Below are positions 45,524 through 55,357 of a DNA stretch of 64,000 nt, piece by piece. Below the pieces are notes generated by a model, which was not told where the DNA came from, did no database searches, and saw nothing but the letters and a program-made list of their open reading frames with translations. The position numbers were made by a program, and so were the translations under genes. The stretch is from an uncultured Gemmatimonadales bacterium (lineage in GTDB: Bacteria; Gemmatimonadota; Gemmatimonadetes; Longimicrobiales; RSA9): positions 544,001 through 608,000 of the forward strand of contig CAWAMW010000002.1 of NCBI GenBank assembly GCA_963783305.1. Reading direction: 5' to 3'. Positions within the stretch are counted from its first letter, which is position 1. Each line of letters starts with the position of its first letter.

Positions 45524-45706
45524 ATGATGGATCGCGCCACTGACATCGCACGCGCCGGGATCCACGCTGCCGGAGAGCTGTTCGCCGGTATCGGCGCCCT
45601 GGTCCGCGACTGGATGCGAGGGGACGACCTCACGCTCCTGATCGGGCTGGGGGTCGTGGCCCTCGTGGCCCTCTTCGTTTTCCTGCCCGGCCGCCGGCGC
45701 TACTAG
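45524..45706 (+). CDS. Small single-TM membrane protein
   Basis: 60 aa; amphipathic N-half, TM LTLLIGLGVVALVALFVFL, basic tail RRR; promoter upstream. Confidence 0.6.
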   Translation: MMDRATDIARAGIHAAGELFAGIGALVRDWMRGDDLTLLIGLGVVALVALFVFLPGRRRY

Positions 45707-45738
45707 CCCGGCAGAAGGCCGCACGCGCAGGCGGGCCG

Positions 45739-46344
45739 TCATGGCCGCCTCACAAACGCGAACGCGCCCAGGAGCATGAGCCCGCTGGCCACCAGCAGGA
45801 GTGTGCCCGGCTCCGGGACCACCTCGGGTGGCGGATCTCGCGGGTCATCGGATTCTTCCGTCCTGACGGTCTCCGACAGCGCCAGCACGCCCACGGCGAC
45901 AGGGAGAAGGAACCACGGCCTCAGCTCGGCCGGGTACACCGCGGTACTGTGGGAACCCGGCAGGAAGTGGAGGAGCGCCTCCCTGTAGAGGGATGGCACG
46001 TCGAACGAGAGGCCCACCTGCGGCACCGGCAGGCTGAACTTCGTGGCTTCCGGCAGTTGCGGAAAGGGCCAGCCCGCGGCGGCCCTCGGCTCGGGGGCGC
46101 TCGACTCCGGGACGCGCGGCAGGGTCGGCGGGACCTCTCCCGCGCGACTGGGGGCATCGAAGAGAGGGAGGGGCTCGTCGGTGAGTAGCCCCGCGGCGGT
46201 CGCGTGATCCGGACCCTTCAGGAGCACCAACGCGATCACGCCGAGCACGGCCGCAAGGGCCAGCAGCACCGCCACCCGGATCGCTCTCCTGGTCCTTATC
46301 CTGGAAAGCTCCTCTTGGACCAGCACTTCTCCCCCTCGTCGCAA
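45739..46344 (-). CDS. PEP-CTERM sorting domain protein
   Basis: C-terminal VPEPGTLLLVASGLMLLGAFAFVRRP; N-terminal hydrophobic anchor; start uncertain. Confidence 0.8.
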   Translation of the reverse strand: MRRGGEVLVQEELSRIRTRRAIRVAVLLALAAVLGVIALVLLKGPDHATAAGLLTDEPLPLFDAPSRAGEVPPTLPRVPESSAPEPRAAAGWPFPQLPEATKFSLPVPQVGLSFDVPSLYREALLHFLPGSHSTAVYPAELRPWFLLPVAVGVLALSETVRTEESDDPRDPPPEVVPEPGTLLLVASGLMLLGAFAFVRRP

Positions 46345-46434
46345 GTGTGCCTGAATCCTCCACCCGCCGAGCGCGGCTCAGCGGATGGGCTGGTTTCGAA
46401 GCAGGCCGGGGAGAAAGTGGCCGACCGTAGCGAA

Positions 46435-46450
46435 AGCAACTCGCGTGCCC
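46435..46450 (-). promoter_or_regulatory. Sigma-54 promoter of the PEP-CTERM gene
   Basis: Minus strand GGGCACGCGAGTTGCT, near-perfect TGGCACG-N4-TTGCW. Confidence 0.75.
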
Positions 46451-46589
46451 CGCCTCACTCAAATGCTAAATGCTTTCCTTGCAGCCAGATAGGTGATTGC
46501 CGACCTGCCGGCGGCCGCTGCACCGGTGCAACATCTGTAGCGGTGTGGCACGCCCCCCCGTGGCACGAGCCCGATACCGCGAGCGGGCG

Positions 46590-47909
46590 TCAGGCGGCGC
46601 GGACCCAGCGCACGAGCTCGCCGAGGGACGGGCGCTTGCCGGTGGCCAGGATCCCGACGCGATAGATCTTGCCGGCGATCCAGGCCAGGACGATGGAGCT
46701 GAGGACGAGGAGGCCAAGGGAGAGGGTTACGGTGCCGGTGTCGGGAGGAGTGGCGCCCAGTCGCATGGGCATGGCGACGGGGGCGGTGAGCGGGAACAGC
46801 GAGAGGAAGGTGGAGAGTGACCCCTCGGGGTCGCTCGTGAGGGGCCCCAGGAAGAGGAGTGGCACGAAGAGTGGCAGCATGAGGACCATCTGGTAGGGCT
46901 GGGCCTCCTGCTCGGAGCTCATGGCGGCGCCCAGACCGGCGAAAAGGGCGGCGTAGAGGAGGAATCCGAGGATGAAGTAGAGGATGAGGATCACGCCGAT
47001 GGCGGGCTCCAGCGCGAGGGCGTCCATGGCGGTGGCGGAGACGCCGAAGTGCTCCTGGAGGGCCTCGGACTGGCTGACGGCCACTACGACCATGATGGCC
47101 CAGATGGCGACCTGGAGGAGCGCGGCGGCGCTGACGCCGGCGATCTTCCCCGCCATGAGGTGAGTGGCGCGCATGGTGGATACGAGGATCTCCGAAATGC
47201 GCGTCACCTTCTCCTGGATGACGCTGCGCATGACGGCGTGGCCGTACATGGCGATGACGAAGTAGGCGAGGAAGGCGAGGATATAGGCAACGAAGAACGT
47301 GCTCTGGGCGTCGCCGCCCTCCTCGCCGCCCTCGGTGATGCGGGCGCTGGTCACCTCCACGGGGGCCATGAGCTGCTGGATCGCGCTGGCGTCCACGCCG
47401 GCGCTGCCCAGGCGCGCGAACTGGAGCGCCGCCGTGGCGGCGAGACGGATGTCCCTGAACACGGCCTGATTGGTGATGTTGCGGGCCCGGTACTGCACCG
47501 CGCCGGTCGCCATGACGTCGGACGGCAGGACCACGTAGCCGTCGATCTCCTTCATCAGCACACGCTCGTTCAGAGCGGCGATGTCAGCGGGACCGGGAAC
47601 CACCTCCACCCGGTAGGGCGTCTCACCCTGGCTGGCCGCTTCCATGACGGCCTCGGCGTCCCCGCCGCCGATGTCGGCGTCCACCGTGGTGCCGGTGTTC
47701 TGGAGTGCCTGGACGAAGACCGCCGCCACGCCCTCGGGCGCGTCGTCGACGATAACGAGCCGGCGCTGCGCGTCATCACTCCCCACCAGCGCCGGGAGGA
47801 AGAAGATGGCGAACATGAAGACGGGGAACGCCAGCGTGCCGATGACGAAGCTCCGGGTTTGGACGCGTTCGCGGAACTCGCGCTCGATGATGATCCAGAT
47901 CTCATGCAC
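46590..47909 (-). CDS. ABC-2 type transporter permease (NatB/YhaP-like)
   Basis: REFRERV, QEKVTRISEILVS, GKIAG, 6 TM. Confidence 0.9.
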   Translation of the reverse strand: MHEIWIIIEREFRERVQTRSFVIGTLAFPVFMFAIFFLPALVGSDDAQRRLVIVDDAPEGVAAVFVQALQNTGTTVDADIGGGDAEAVMEAASQGETPYRVEVVPGPADIAALNERVLMKEIDGYVVLPSDVMATGAVQYRARNITNQAVFRDIRLAATAALQFARLGSAGVDASAIQQLMAPVEVTSARITEGGEEGGDAQSTFFVAYILAFLAYFVIAMYGHAVMRSVIQEKVTRISEILVSTMRATHLMAGKIAGVSAAALLQVAIWAIMVVVAVSQSEALQEHFGVSATAMDALALEPAIGVILILYFILGFLLYAALFAGLGAAMSSEQEAQPYQMVLMLPLFVPLLFLGPLTSDPEGSLSTFLSLFPLTAPVAMPMRLGATPPDTGTVTLSLGLLVLSSIVLAWIAGKIYRVGILATGKRPSLGELVRWVRAA

Positions 47910-48861
47910 GGGCGGCCTCCTTCCGGCCGGCGCGGGGCGCGCTGGAGCCCACGTGCTGAAGGAAGATCTCGTGGAGTGTGGGCTCCACGTGCTCGAAGCG
48001 GGTGATGGGAAGGCGCTGGGCGGCCACGGCCTCCAGGAGCTCGGCCCGGCTGCGCCCCGGCGCCAGCTCCAGCTCCCACTCGTGGGCGTTGCGTCGGCTG
48101 GCGCTCCCGATCAGCCCGGTGCGCTGCAGGGGCGGGTCGTCGTCCTGGGCGCCGTTCTCCAGCGCGATGCGGAACCGGTTCGAGCGGTGGACGGTGCGCA
48201 GGTATCGCACCTCGCCTTCCAGCACCTTGCGGCCGGCCGCGATGAGGGTGACCTCGTCGCAGAGCTCCTCGGCCTGCGCCATGTTGTGGGTGCTGAGGAC
48301 CACCGTGCGGCCCTCGCTGCGGACGGCCCGTATCGTTTCGGCCAGCACCTCCTGGTTCACCGGGTCGAGACCGGACTGCGGCTCGTCCAGGATGAGGAGT
48401 TCCGGCCCGTGCAGGACCGTGGCTATGAACTGGGCCTTCTGCTGCATGCCTTTCGACAGCGACTCCACCCGCTCGTCCGCCCACTCGTCCAGCCCCAGCC
48501 GCTCGAGCCATCTCCGGCTCCGCTCCTTCGCCTCGGCCCGGCTCAGCCCCTTGAGCCGGCCGAAGAAGACGATGGTCTCCAGAACGGTCATCCTCTTGTA
48601 GAGCCCCCGCTCTTCCGGCAGGTAGCCCACCTGCCGGAGCACCTTTCGGTGCCGCTCCGGATCGTGACCCAGCACCTCCAGCCGGCCCTCATCGCGGAAG
48701 AGGATGTTCATGATCATCCGCAGAGTGCTGGACTTGCCGGCCCCGTTGGGGCCCAGGAGGCCGTGAATGGATCCCGGCCTGATGACGAGGTCGAGGTGGT
48801 CGACTGCGGTGTGTCCCGAGAAGTGCTTCGAGACGCCCTCGAGGAGCAGGGCTGGCTGCAT
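47902..48861 (-). CDS. ABC transporter ATP-binding protein
   Basis: GPNGAGKS, GYLPEERGLY, LSKGMQQK, LILDEP. Confidence 0.93.
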   Translation of the reverse strand: MQPALLLEGVSKHFSGHTAVDHLDLVIRPGSIHGLLGPNGAGKSSTLRMIMNILFRDEGRLEVLGHDPERHRKVLRQVGYLPEERGLYKRMTVLETIVFFGRLKGLSRAEAKERSRRWLERLGLDEWADERVESLSKGMQQKAQFIATVLHGPELLILDEPQSGLDPVNQEVLAETIRAVRSEGRTVVLSTHNMAQAEELCDEVTLIAAGRKVLEGEVRYLRTVHRSNRFRIALENGAQDDDPPLQRTGLIGSASRRNAHEWELELAPGRSRAELLEAVAAQRLPITRFEHVEPTLHEIFLQHVGSSAPRAGRKEAARA

Positions 48862-48879
48862 ATTATTTCGGCTCTGGGT

Positions 48880-49194
48880 TCAGACGAGAATGACGGCCGC
48901 GAGGAGGGCCAGGACCAGGGCGCAGCCCCCCACCCACAGGCGGAGCTGGGGCGAGTCCACGACCCGCTCTCCGGTTTCCTTCTCCAGCACCGATACGAAA
49001 AGGCCGGTCAGGAGCGCGGCGAAGAAGATGGCGGCCGCCAGGTACAGCGCATAGGCGAGCCGTGACGAGATGAGTGCGGCGATAAGGATGAGTGCGAGGG
49101 CGATGCCGCCCGCCCAGAGCGCCTCGCGGACCAGGGGCCGCGCCTCCGGCGACCGCAGGTATTCCACGGCCGCTGTCAGATCGGGTTGCGACAT
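48880..49194 (-). CDS. Small hypothetical membrane protein (about 3 TM)
   Basis: ATG after GAGGAG; hydrophobic helices; co-oriented with ABC genes. Confidence 0.65.
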   Translation of the reverse strand: MSQPDLTAAVEYLRSPEARPLVREALWAGGIALALILIAALISSRLAYALYLAAAIFFAALLTGLFVSVLEKETGERVVDSPQLRLWVGGCALVLALLAAVILV

Positions 49195-49239
49195 TGACTG
49201 CTCCTCATCGAGACGCGGAAGGCGGACATGGCGGCTAAC

Positions 49240-50952
49240 CTAGCGCGTGGATCGGTCCCGACCAATAGTCCCGGTGGCCGGCTCGGGTCGGCGCGTGGCC
49301 GGCCGCAATGGCAGGCTCGGCGGTCGGCCGAAGCCGACCAGCGCCCGGTCCAGCACGGCGAGGACGAGGTCCGCGATCCAGAGCAGGATCCAGGCGGCCA
49401 CGCCGAGCGCCGCGGTGATCAGCCCGGCGACCGCGGCGATGCCCTCCGGGAGCCGGATGGACGCCACGGCGGCGGTCAGGAGCAAGGCGTTGAGCCAGCC
49501 GGCGGCGAGCAGGGCCGAGTCCGCGGCCCCTCCCCCCGCGGCCAGCGGCCCCAGCGCGTACGCGAACCCCGCGGCGCCGAGACCCAGGAAGAAGACGGCG
49601 CCCGTCCGCCCGGGAGTGCCGAAGGGGCTGGACAGCGCGGTGACCAGGTACCGGAGGCCCGCCCCCGCCAGCAGGAGCGCGGCCGTGACCGCGAATGCGC
49701 CCGCCGTGAGCAGGGAAGACCCGCCGCGTGAGGCGGCTTCCTGGAGCGCTGGCGCCACCAGCCCCAGGCTGGCGCCGGCGGCCGCGAGCCAGACCATGAG
49801 CGAGCCGACGTCCAGCAGGATCCTGCCGGTCACCGCGGCGGGACGAGACGGCTGCGCCTCGATCCGTGTTGCCGGGCCGTTCCCCTCGAAGTCGGCCATC
49901 GCCCTGCGCAGCACGGCCAGGACGTGCTGGACGGATCGTCGATCGTCGGGGGCGAGCAGGAGCGCGCCTGCGGGCTCCGACGCCAGCGCCGCCACCTCCA
50001 TGCGCAGCGAGTCCGCGAAGGCGCGCATACGCTCGAGCGCGCCGCCCAGCTTCTCCGCCAGCTCGTCCTGGCGGATCACGGCCACGATGGCCGCCCGCCG
50101 CGCCCGCGCCGCTCGCCACCGCTCGAATCCCTCCACCGCAGCGTAGGCCAGCGCGGCGCCGAGCGGCGGGAGGAGCGCGGCCGTTCCGGCCAGCAGAGTG
50201 GCCGTCATGACACCACCCCACCAGGTGAGGTCGACCAGCGTCAGTGCCTCGAGAACGAAGACCACCGCGCCGGCCTCGAGTGCTGCCTGGGCCAGGACCA
50301 GAGCCACCGCCAGAACGGCCAGCATGTGGAAGCCCAGCGCCCTGCCCGCCACGCGGAGCCCGAAGTGGGCGAGCCCGAGGAGAAGCGACAGGAGCGCGAA
50401 GGCAGCGGGCACATAGGGCCCGTCGAGGGCGCCCACGTCGAGCGTCCCCATGGCCGGGAGCGACGGCAGGACATGGCGGTAGAGGACCCAGGCGTTTCCG
50501 GCGGCCACCACGAACGCGGCCACTCCCAGCAGCGACGGGATGACCCATCCGTGTCCCGGATTCCGCTGCTGTGCACGCCGGTGCACCGGCGTCCCGGGCT
50601 CGGTCCAGCTCACGGGGCCGACCTCCTCCAGCCGGTCCAGGCGCTGCCCCAGCTCACGCTGAGCCCGCACCACCCCGCGACCCGCCTCCGCCGCCCGGTC
50701 GAGGTGGTCGCCCACCCGCCGCACCTGGTCCGCAATGGATCGGCGCACCGGCCGCGTCCAGGACACGGCGACGAGGGCGGCCAGCCGGCTCATGCCGGGC
50801 CGCAGCGAGCGACGCCGGAACGCGCGGACTCGCCGGACACTCCGGCGCCGACCTGCGCGCCAGTCGCCGTCGCCCACCTGGTAGACACGTGCCGCCAGGA
50901 GCCCGACGAGGAGCAGGGCCATGCAGGAGAGAACGAGCACGAGGACCTCCAA
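49240..50952 (-). CDS. Hypothetical multi-pass membrane protein
   Basis: Two blocks of TM helices separated by a helical charged region; start uncertain. Confidence 0.55.
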   Translation of the reverse strand: MEVLVLVLSCMALLLVGLLAARVYQVGDGDWRAGRRRSVRRVRAFRRRSLRPGMSRLAALVAVSWTRPVRRSIADQVRRVGDHLDRAAEAGRGVVRAQRELGQRLDRLEEVGPVSWTEPGTPVHRRAQQRNPGHGWVIPSLLGVAAFVVAAGNAWVLYRHVLPSLPAMGTLDVGALDGPYVPAAFALLSLLLGLAHFGLRVAGRALGFHMLAVLAVALVLAQAALEAGAVVFVLEALTLVDLTWWGGVMTATLLAGTAALLPPLGAALAYAAVEGFERWRAARARRAAIVAVIRQDELAEKLGGALERMRAFADSLRMEVAALASEPAGALLLAPDDRRSVQHVLAVLRRAMADFEGNGPATRIEAQPSRPAAVTGRILLDVGSLMVWLAAAGASLGLVAPALQEAASRGGSSLLTAGAFAVTAALLLAGAGLRYLVTALSSPFGTPGRTGAVFFLGLGAAGFAYALGPLAAGGGAADSALLAAGWLNALLLTAAVASIRLPEGIAAVAGLITAALGVAAWILLWIADLVLAVLDRALVGFGRPPSLPLRPATRRPEPATGTIGRDRSTR

Positions 50953-51304
50953 CCGAGGGTGCTGATTTCCGGCGCTTCTCCGGTTCCTTCACTCTCGAGG
51001 TGAAGGGGGAGCGTGTTGTTCGGCCCACGTACGGGCAGGTTCCGAGCCCGAATGTCGCGCCACGCCCGCTCCCCCCGGCAGCGCGGCTCGAGGCCGCCGC
51101 CGCTGTCGCGCCACAAGACGGAGGCTGTACCGCGGCGGTACAGCAGAACCACCCGGCTGCGGAACGTTCCCCCCGCAGAGCCGAGTCCTCCCGAACTGGC
51201 ATCCCCCCTGAACTCGGTAGACTCGAGGTCCCGCGCCCCGCTCTCACGCGGGACTGCGGGTGGGTGCATCGAACAAGCCCTCCAGGCACCCGGCCGCCGG
51301 TCGG

Positions 51305-52342
51305 TCACATACCGGTGCCGGTCGCCTTCCGCACCACCGGCGCCACCTCGGCCCCCAGCAGCTCGATGGATCGCAGCACGCTGGCGTGCGGCAGCGTCCC
51401 AACGATCTGCATCATGTAGCGCTGGTGTCCGAACAGCTCGTGCTGCCAGAGGATCTTCTCGATGACCTCCTGCGGGCTCCCGACGGCCAGGGCGCCGTGG
51501 AGGGTGCGATTCCCATCGAACTGCTGCCGGCTCATGGGCGGCCAGCCGCGCTCGCGCCCCACTCGGTCCATCATGGCGGCATAAGGCGGGAAGAGCTCGT
51601 CGGCCGCGGCGCCGCCGTCGGGGCCGACATGGCCGTGGGTGTTGATGCCGATGGCCAGGGTGGCGGGATCGTGCCCCGCGCGTTCGCCGGCCTCACGGTA
51701 GAGCTCGACGAGCGGCTTGAAGCGTTCGGGCGATCCGCCGAGTATGGCGATGGCCAGGGGGAGCCCGAGTGTGCCGGCGCGGACGGCGGAGCGGGGCGTG
51801 CCGCCGACGGCGATCCACACCGGTAGCTTCGGCTGGACGGGCCGAGGATAGACGCCAGCGTGGTCGAGCGGCGGACGGTGCTTTCCGCTCCAGGTGATCC
51901 GCTCGTTGTCGCGGAGCGCCAGCAGCAATTCGAGCTTCTCCTGGAACAGCTCATCGTAGTCGGACAGGTCCTGCCCGAAGAGGGGGAACGACTCGGTGAA
52001 GGAGCCGCGGCCGGCCATGATCTCGGCCCGGCCATTCGAGATCCCGTCGAGGGTGGCGAACTGCTGGAAAACGCGTACGGGGTCATCGGAGCTCAGCACG
52101 GTGACCGCGCTGGTGAGGCGGATGGTGTGCGTGCGTGCGGCGCCGGCGGCCAGCGCCACGGCGGGTGCGGACACGGCGAAATCGGGGCGGTGGTGCTCGC
52201 CGAGCCCGAACACGTCGAGTCCCACCTGGTCCGCCAGCTCGATGGCCTCGACCGTCTCCCGGAGCCGCCGGCCGGCCTCCACTCCCGCGCCGCCCCCTTG
52301 GTCGGGCCGGGTCTCGGCGAACGTGAAGACGCCGATCTCCAT
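51305..52342 (-). CDS. LLM class flavin-dependent oxidoreductase
   Basis: [41 protein letters not shown] overlaps upstream TGA. Confidence 0.92.
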   Translation of the reverse strand: MEIGVFTFAETRPDQGGGAGVEAGRRLRETVEAIELADQVGLDVFGLGEHHRPDFAVSAPAVALAAGAARTHTIRLTSAVTVLSSDDPVRVFQQFATLDGISNGRAEIMAGRGSFTESFPLFGQDLSDYDELFQEKLELLLALRDNERITWSGKHRPPLDHAGVYPRPVQPKLPVWIAVGGTPRSAVRAGTLGLPLAIAILGGSPERFKPLVELYREAGERAGHDPATLAIGINTHGHVGPDGGAAADELFPPYAAMMDRVGRERGWPPMSRQQFDGNRTLHGALAVGSPQEVIEKILWQHELFGHQRYMMQIVGTLPHASVLRSIELLGAEVAPVVRKATGTGM

Positions 52343-54540
52343 CAGGCGGCCCGGCGGCCGGCCCTCGAGACCGGCATCTTCTCCTCGTCGGCGGTCCCCC
52401 GCAGCCCAGGATAGGGTGTGCGGTTCACCCAGATGAGGGCGAGCGCGGCGACGAGCCCCACGACCGCGGTCGGGTAGAGCCAGCCGGGCAGGACCGTCTC
52501 CGGGTCCCACCAGCCGAGGTAGCTCGGTGCGAGCGCCACGGCATTGTTCAGCGCGTGCCAGAGCATGGCCGGGAAGATCGATCCGGTGGCGAGCGTAACG
52601 CCCGTGAGCACGATCCCGAGATAGCTGACGGGAACGATCCGGAAGAGGTCTACGTGGAAGAGGCCGAAGATGACGCCGGCCACCACCGCCAGCGCCGCTG
52701 GCCGGAACCGCCGCCGCAGTCCGTAGAGCAGTACACCGCGGAACGCGATCTCCTCGCAGATCCCCGGCAGCACCGCCAGGAACAGCAGGATCTGCCAGAG
52801 CGGGAGCTCTTCCGGCAGCATGAACTGCCCGAACGACTCCATCACCTGCTCGGGGATCGGGAAGATCCGCTGTGCCAGTTGCGCGATGCCGATCGCCACG
52901 ATGAAGGAGGACGGCGCGCCCAGCAGCACCCCGAGCCATACGGCCGGCCGGGGCATTCGGAGGGCGAGAGCGCGGCGCGGATCCAGTCGGTACCGTCGGA
53001 TCATCAGGATCGACGCGCCCATGAAGAGTCCCACCACGTTGAACAGCACCTGCCCCCGGATCTCCAGCTCGCTGGTGAACCAGAGGGCGGAGAGGAAGAA
53101 GACCACCCAGAGGACAGCGAACCAGCGGAGCACGCGGCGCGGGAAGAGCGCCGGTCCGCCGTGCAGGTCGGCCTCATCCAGCTCGGCAGCGCTGATGAGC
53201 TTCTCGGTGGAGAGGGTCCTCTCGGTCAGGGTCGCCAGCCATGCGGCCACCGCCGTGGTGCTGAGGATCGTTATGGCCAGGAATACCCAGTCGTACTGCC
53301 CCACCAGCACCTCCCGGACGGCCACGCTGATGTTGGCCAGCGGGAGCACCGAGATCACGGACGCCAGCTCCATCCCCGGCAACACGGCCGTCAGCGACGG
53401 GAGCAGGAAGAGGATCATGACGGGGAAGAAGTAGATCTGGTACTCCTTGTAGCTCTTGGAGTATCCGGACAGCATGAGCAGCACGCTCGACATCAGCACG
53501 GTGAGGGGCAGGAACAGCAGGAGCAGGATCACGACCGCCACGGGCGGCACGCTGATCACGAATCGCTCGGGCAGCTCGAAGAGGCCCAGCCCCAGGAACA
53601 ACCCGAGCTCCGCCACGTTGATGACCGTGATCGCGATCCCCACCGTGATGATCAGGAGCTGCTTGGCCTTGACGATGTCCGATCGGCGGACCGATGTCGT
53701 GAGCAGCGTCTCCAGCGTCCCGCGCTCCTTCTCACCCGAGATGGCGTCGGCGGCCACGACGGAGCCACCGCTGAGCATCATCATGATGAGGATGGGCGTA
53801 AGCCACAGCGCGAGCTGGGCCCCGCTCTCCCGCTCGGCGCTCGCGACGCCCACCGCCTCCACCGCCGCCACCGCCTCGGGCTCCACCGGGAGCCCCGCCT
53901 CGCGGTAGGCGGTATTACGGCGGTCCTCCCGCAGCGCTTCGAGCTGCCGCCTCAACGCGCTCGCCGCCTCCTGCGACGACTCCCTGTTCCCCCGGAACCG
54001 CAGCCGGATCATCGGGACGTCCGGGACCGTCGCGCTCTCGAGCTCCGACGACAACGCTGCCACGGCAGCCTCGCCGTCCAGTCCGCGTCCCGCGGCCTCT
54101 TCCCGCGCTTCCGCGAGCCGGGCGGCGCGTGCCGAGTCGCGCACCGACCGCGCCTCGGCGACGGAGAGCCCCTCCACTACGACCTCGATCTCCCCCGCCA
54201 TCAGCGCGGAGTCCGGCTCCGCCGGCTGCACCTCCGTGAACGTGTTCGCGGCGTCGGCACGGTTCCCGGGCACATCCCGCTCACCACCCGTGACGGGCAG
54301 CGACAGCGCCTCGCGGATCAGATCACGGGCCAGAGCCGGTTCGGATCCCACCACCGCGTACTCGTACGTCCGCTCCTCCCTCCGCTCCTCCGCCCGGCTC
54401 TCAGAGTAGCGCATGAGGAAGATGAAGGCGGGGATGATGAGCAGCGGCAGGATGATGGAGAAGAAGATCATCCGCTTGTCGCGGAGCAGCATCTTCAGCT
54501 CGTAGCGGTACAGCGTGCGGAGGGAGCTCGATCCGGCCAT
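52342..54540 (-). CDS. NatB-like ABC permease fused to CPBP (CAAX/Abi) intramembrane protease
   Basis: [13 protein letters not shown]-terminal [19 protein letters not shown]. Confidence 0.9.
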   Translation of the reverse strand: MAGSSSLRTLYRYELKMLLRDKRMIFFSIILPLLIIPAFIFLMRYSESRAEERREERTYEYAVVGSEPALARDLIREALSLPVTGGERDVPGNRADAANTFTEVQPAEPDSALMAGEIEVVVEGLSVAEARSVRDSARAARLAEAREEAAGRGLDGEAAVAALSSELESATVPDVPMIRLRFRGNRESSQEAASALRRQLEALREDRRNTAYREAGLPVEPEAVAAVEAVGVASAERESGAQLALWLTPILIMMMLSGGSVVAADAISGEKERGTLETLLTTSVRRSDIVKAKQLLIITVGIAITVINVAELGLFLGLGLFELPERFVISVPPVAVVILLLLFLPLTVLMSSVLLMLSGYSKSYKEYQIYFFPVMILFLLPSLTAVLPGMELASVISVLPLANISVAVREVLVGQYDWVFLAITILSTTAVAAWLATLTERTLSTEKLISAAELDEADLHGGPALFPRRVLRWFAVLWVVFFLSALWFTSELEIRGQVLFNVVGLFMGASILMIRRYRLDPRRALALRMPRPAVWLGVLLGAPSSFIVAIGIAQLAQRIFPIPEQVMESFGQFMLPEELPLWQILLFLAVLPGICEEIAFRGVLLYGLRRRFRPAALAVVAGVIFGLFHVDLFRIVPVSYLGIVLTGVTLATGSIFPAMLWHALNNAVALAPSYLGWWDPETVLPGWLYPTAVVGLVAALALIWVNRTPYPGLRGTADEEKMPVSRAGRRAA

Positions 54541-54543
54541 GGG

Positions 54544-55326
54544 TCAGACGCTCGATCCCGGGGCGGCCACGCGATCCGGCTGGCCACCCACGTAGTGGAC
54601 GAAGATGTCTTCCAGGTAGTGCTCCTGGGTGTGGTCCCGGAGTCCCTGCAGCGTGTTCGAGGCCAGGATCCGGCCCCGGTGGATGATGGCGATCTGGTCG
54701 CAGAGCTTCTCGGCCTCGCTCATGATGTGGGTGGAGAAGATGATGGTCTTCCCGCTGTCCCTCAGCTCGCGGATCACCCGTTGCATCTCCAGCGCGGCCA
54801 TGACGTCCAGCCCCACGCTCGGCTCATCGAAGATCAGCACGGGCGGGTCGTGCGCGATGGTCCGCGCGATGGAGACCTTCTGCTTCATGCCGCTGGACAG
54901 CTTCTCCACGCGCGCGTCCGCGTACTCCGTGATCCCGAAGCGCTGGATCAGCTCTTCCACCCGCGCCCGCACCCGGTCCGGCGGGTAATGGTTGATCCGG
55001 GCGAAGAACTCGAGCGTCTCCCGGGCGGTGAGTCGTGGGTAGAGCGCGGTCGAAGCCGAGTAGAAGCCCAGGCTGCGCCGCACGGCCTCCGGCTCCTCCT
55101 CCACTCCGTGCCCCATGACGCGCGCGCTGCCAGTGCTCGGCTGGAGGATGGTGGCGAGGATCCGCAGCGTCGTCGTCTTCCCGGCGCCGTTCGCCCCCAG
55201 CAGCCCGAAGATCTCGCCCTCATGGCATTCGAAGCTGATGCCATCCACCGCCCTTACCTCCCCGCGCCCCTCGTCGTAGAAGAGCTTCGTGAGGTCTTCG
55301 ACCATTACTGGTCTGTCCATGATCAA
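54544..55326 (-). CDS. NatA-like ABC ATP-binding protein
   Basis: GANGAGKTT, LSSGMKQKV, IFDEP, STH. Confidence 0.93.
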   Translation of the reverse strand: MIMDRPVMVEDLTKLFYDEGRGEVRAVDGISFECHEGEIFGLLGANGAGKTTTLRILATILQPSTGSARVMGHGVEEEPEAVRRSLGFYSASTALYPRLTARETLEFFARINHYPPDRVRARVEELIQRFGITEYADARVEKLSSGMKQKVSIARTIAHDPPVLIFDEPSVGLDVMAALEMQRVIRELRDSGKTIIFSTHIMSEAEKLCDQIAIIHRGRILASNTLQGLRDHTQEHYLEDIFVHYVGGQPDRVAAPGSSV

Positions 55327-55357
55327 CTCTCTCGCTCGATGCAGTACAGGAATGCCA

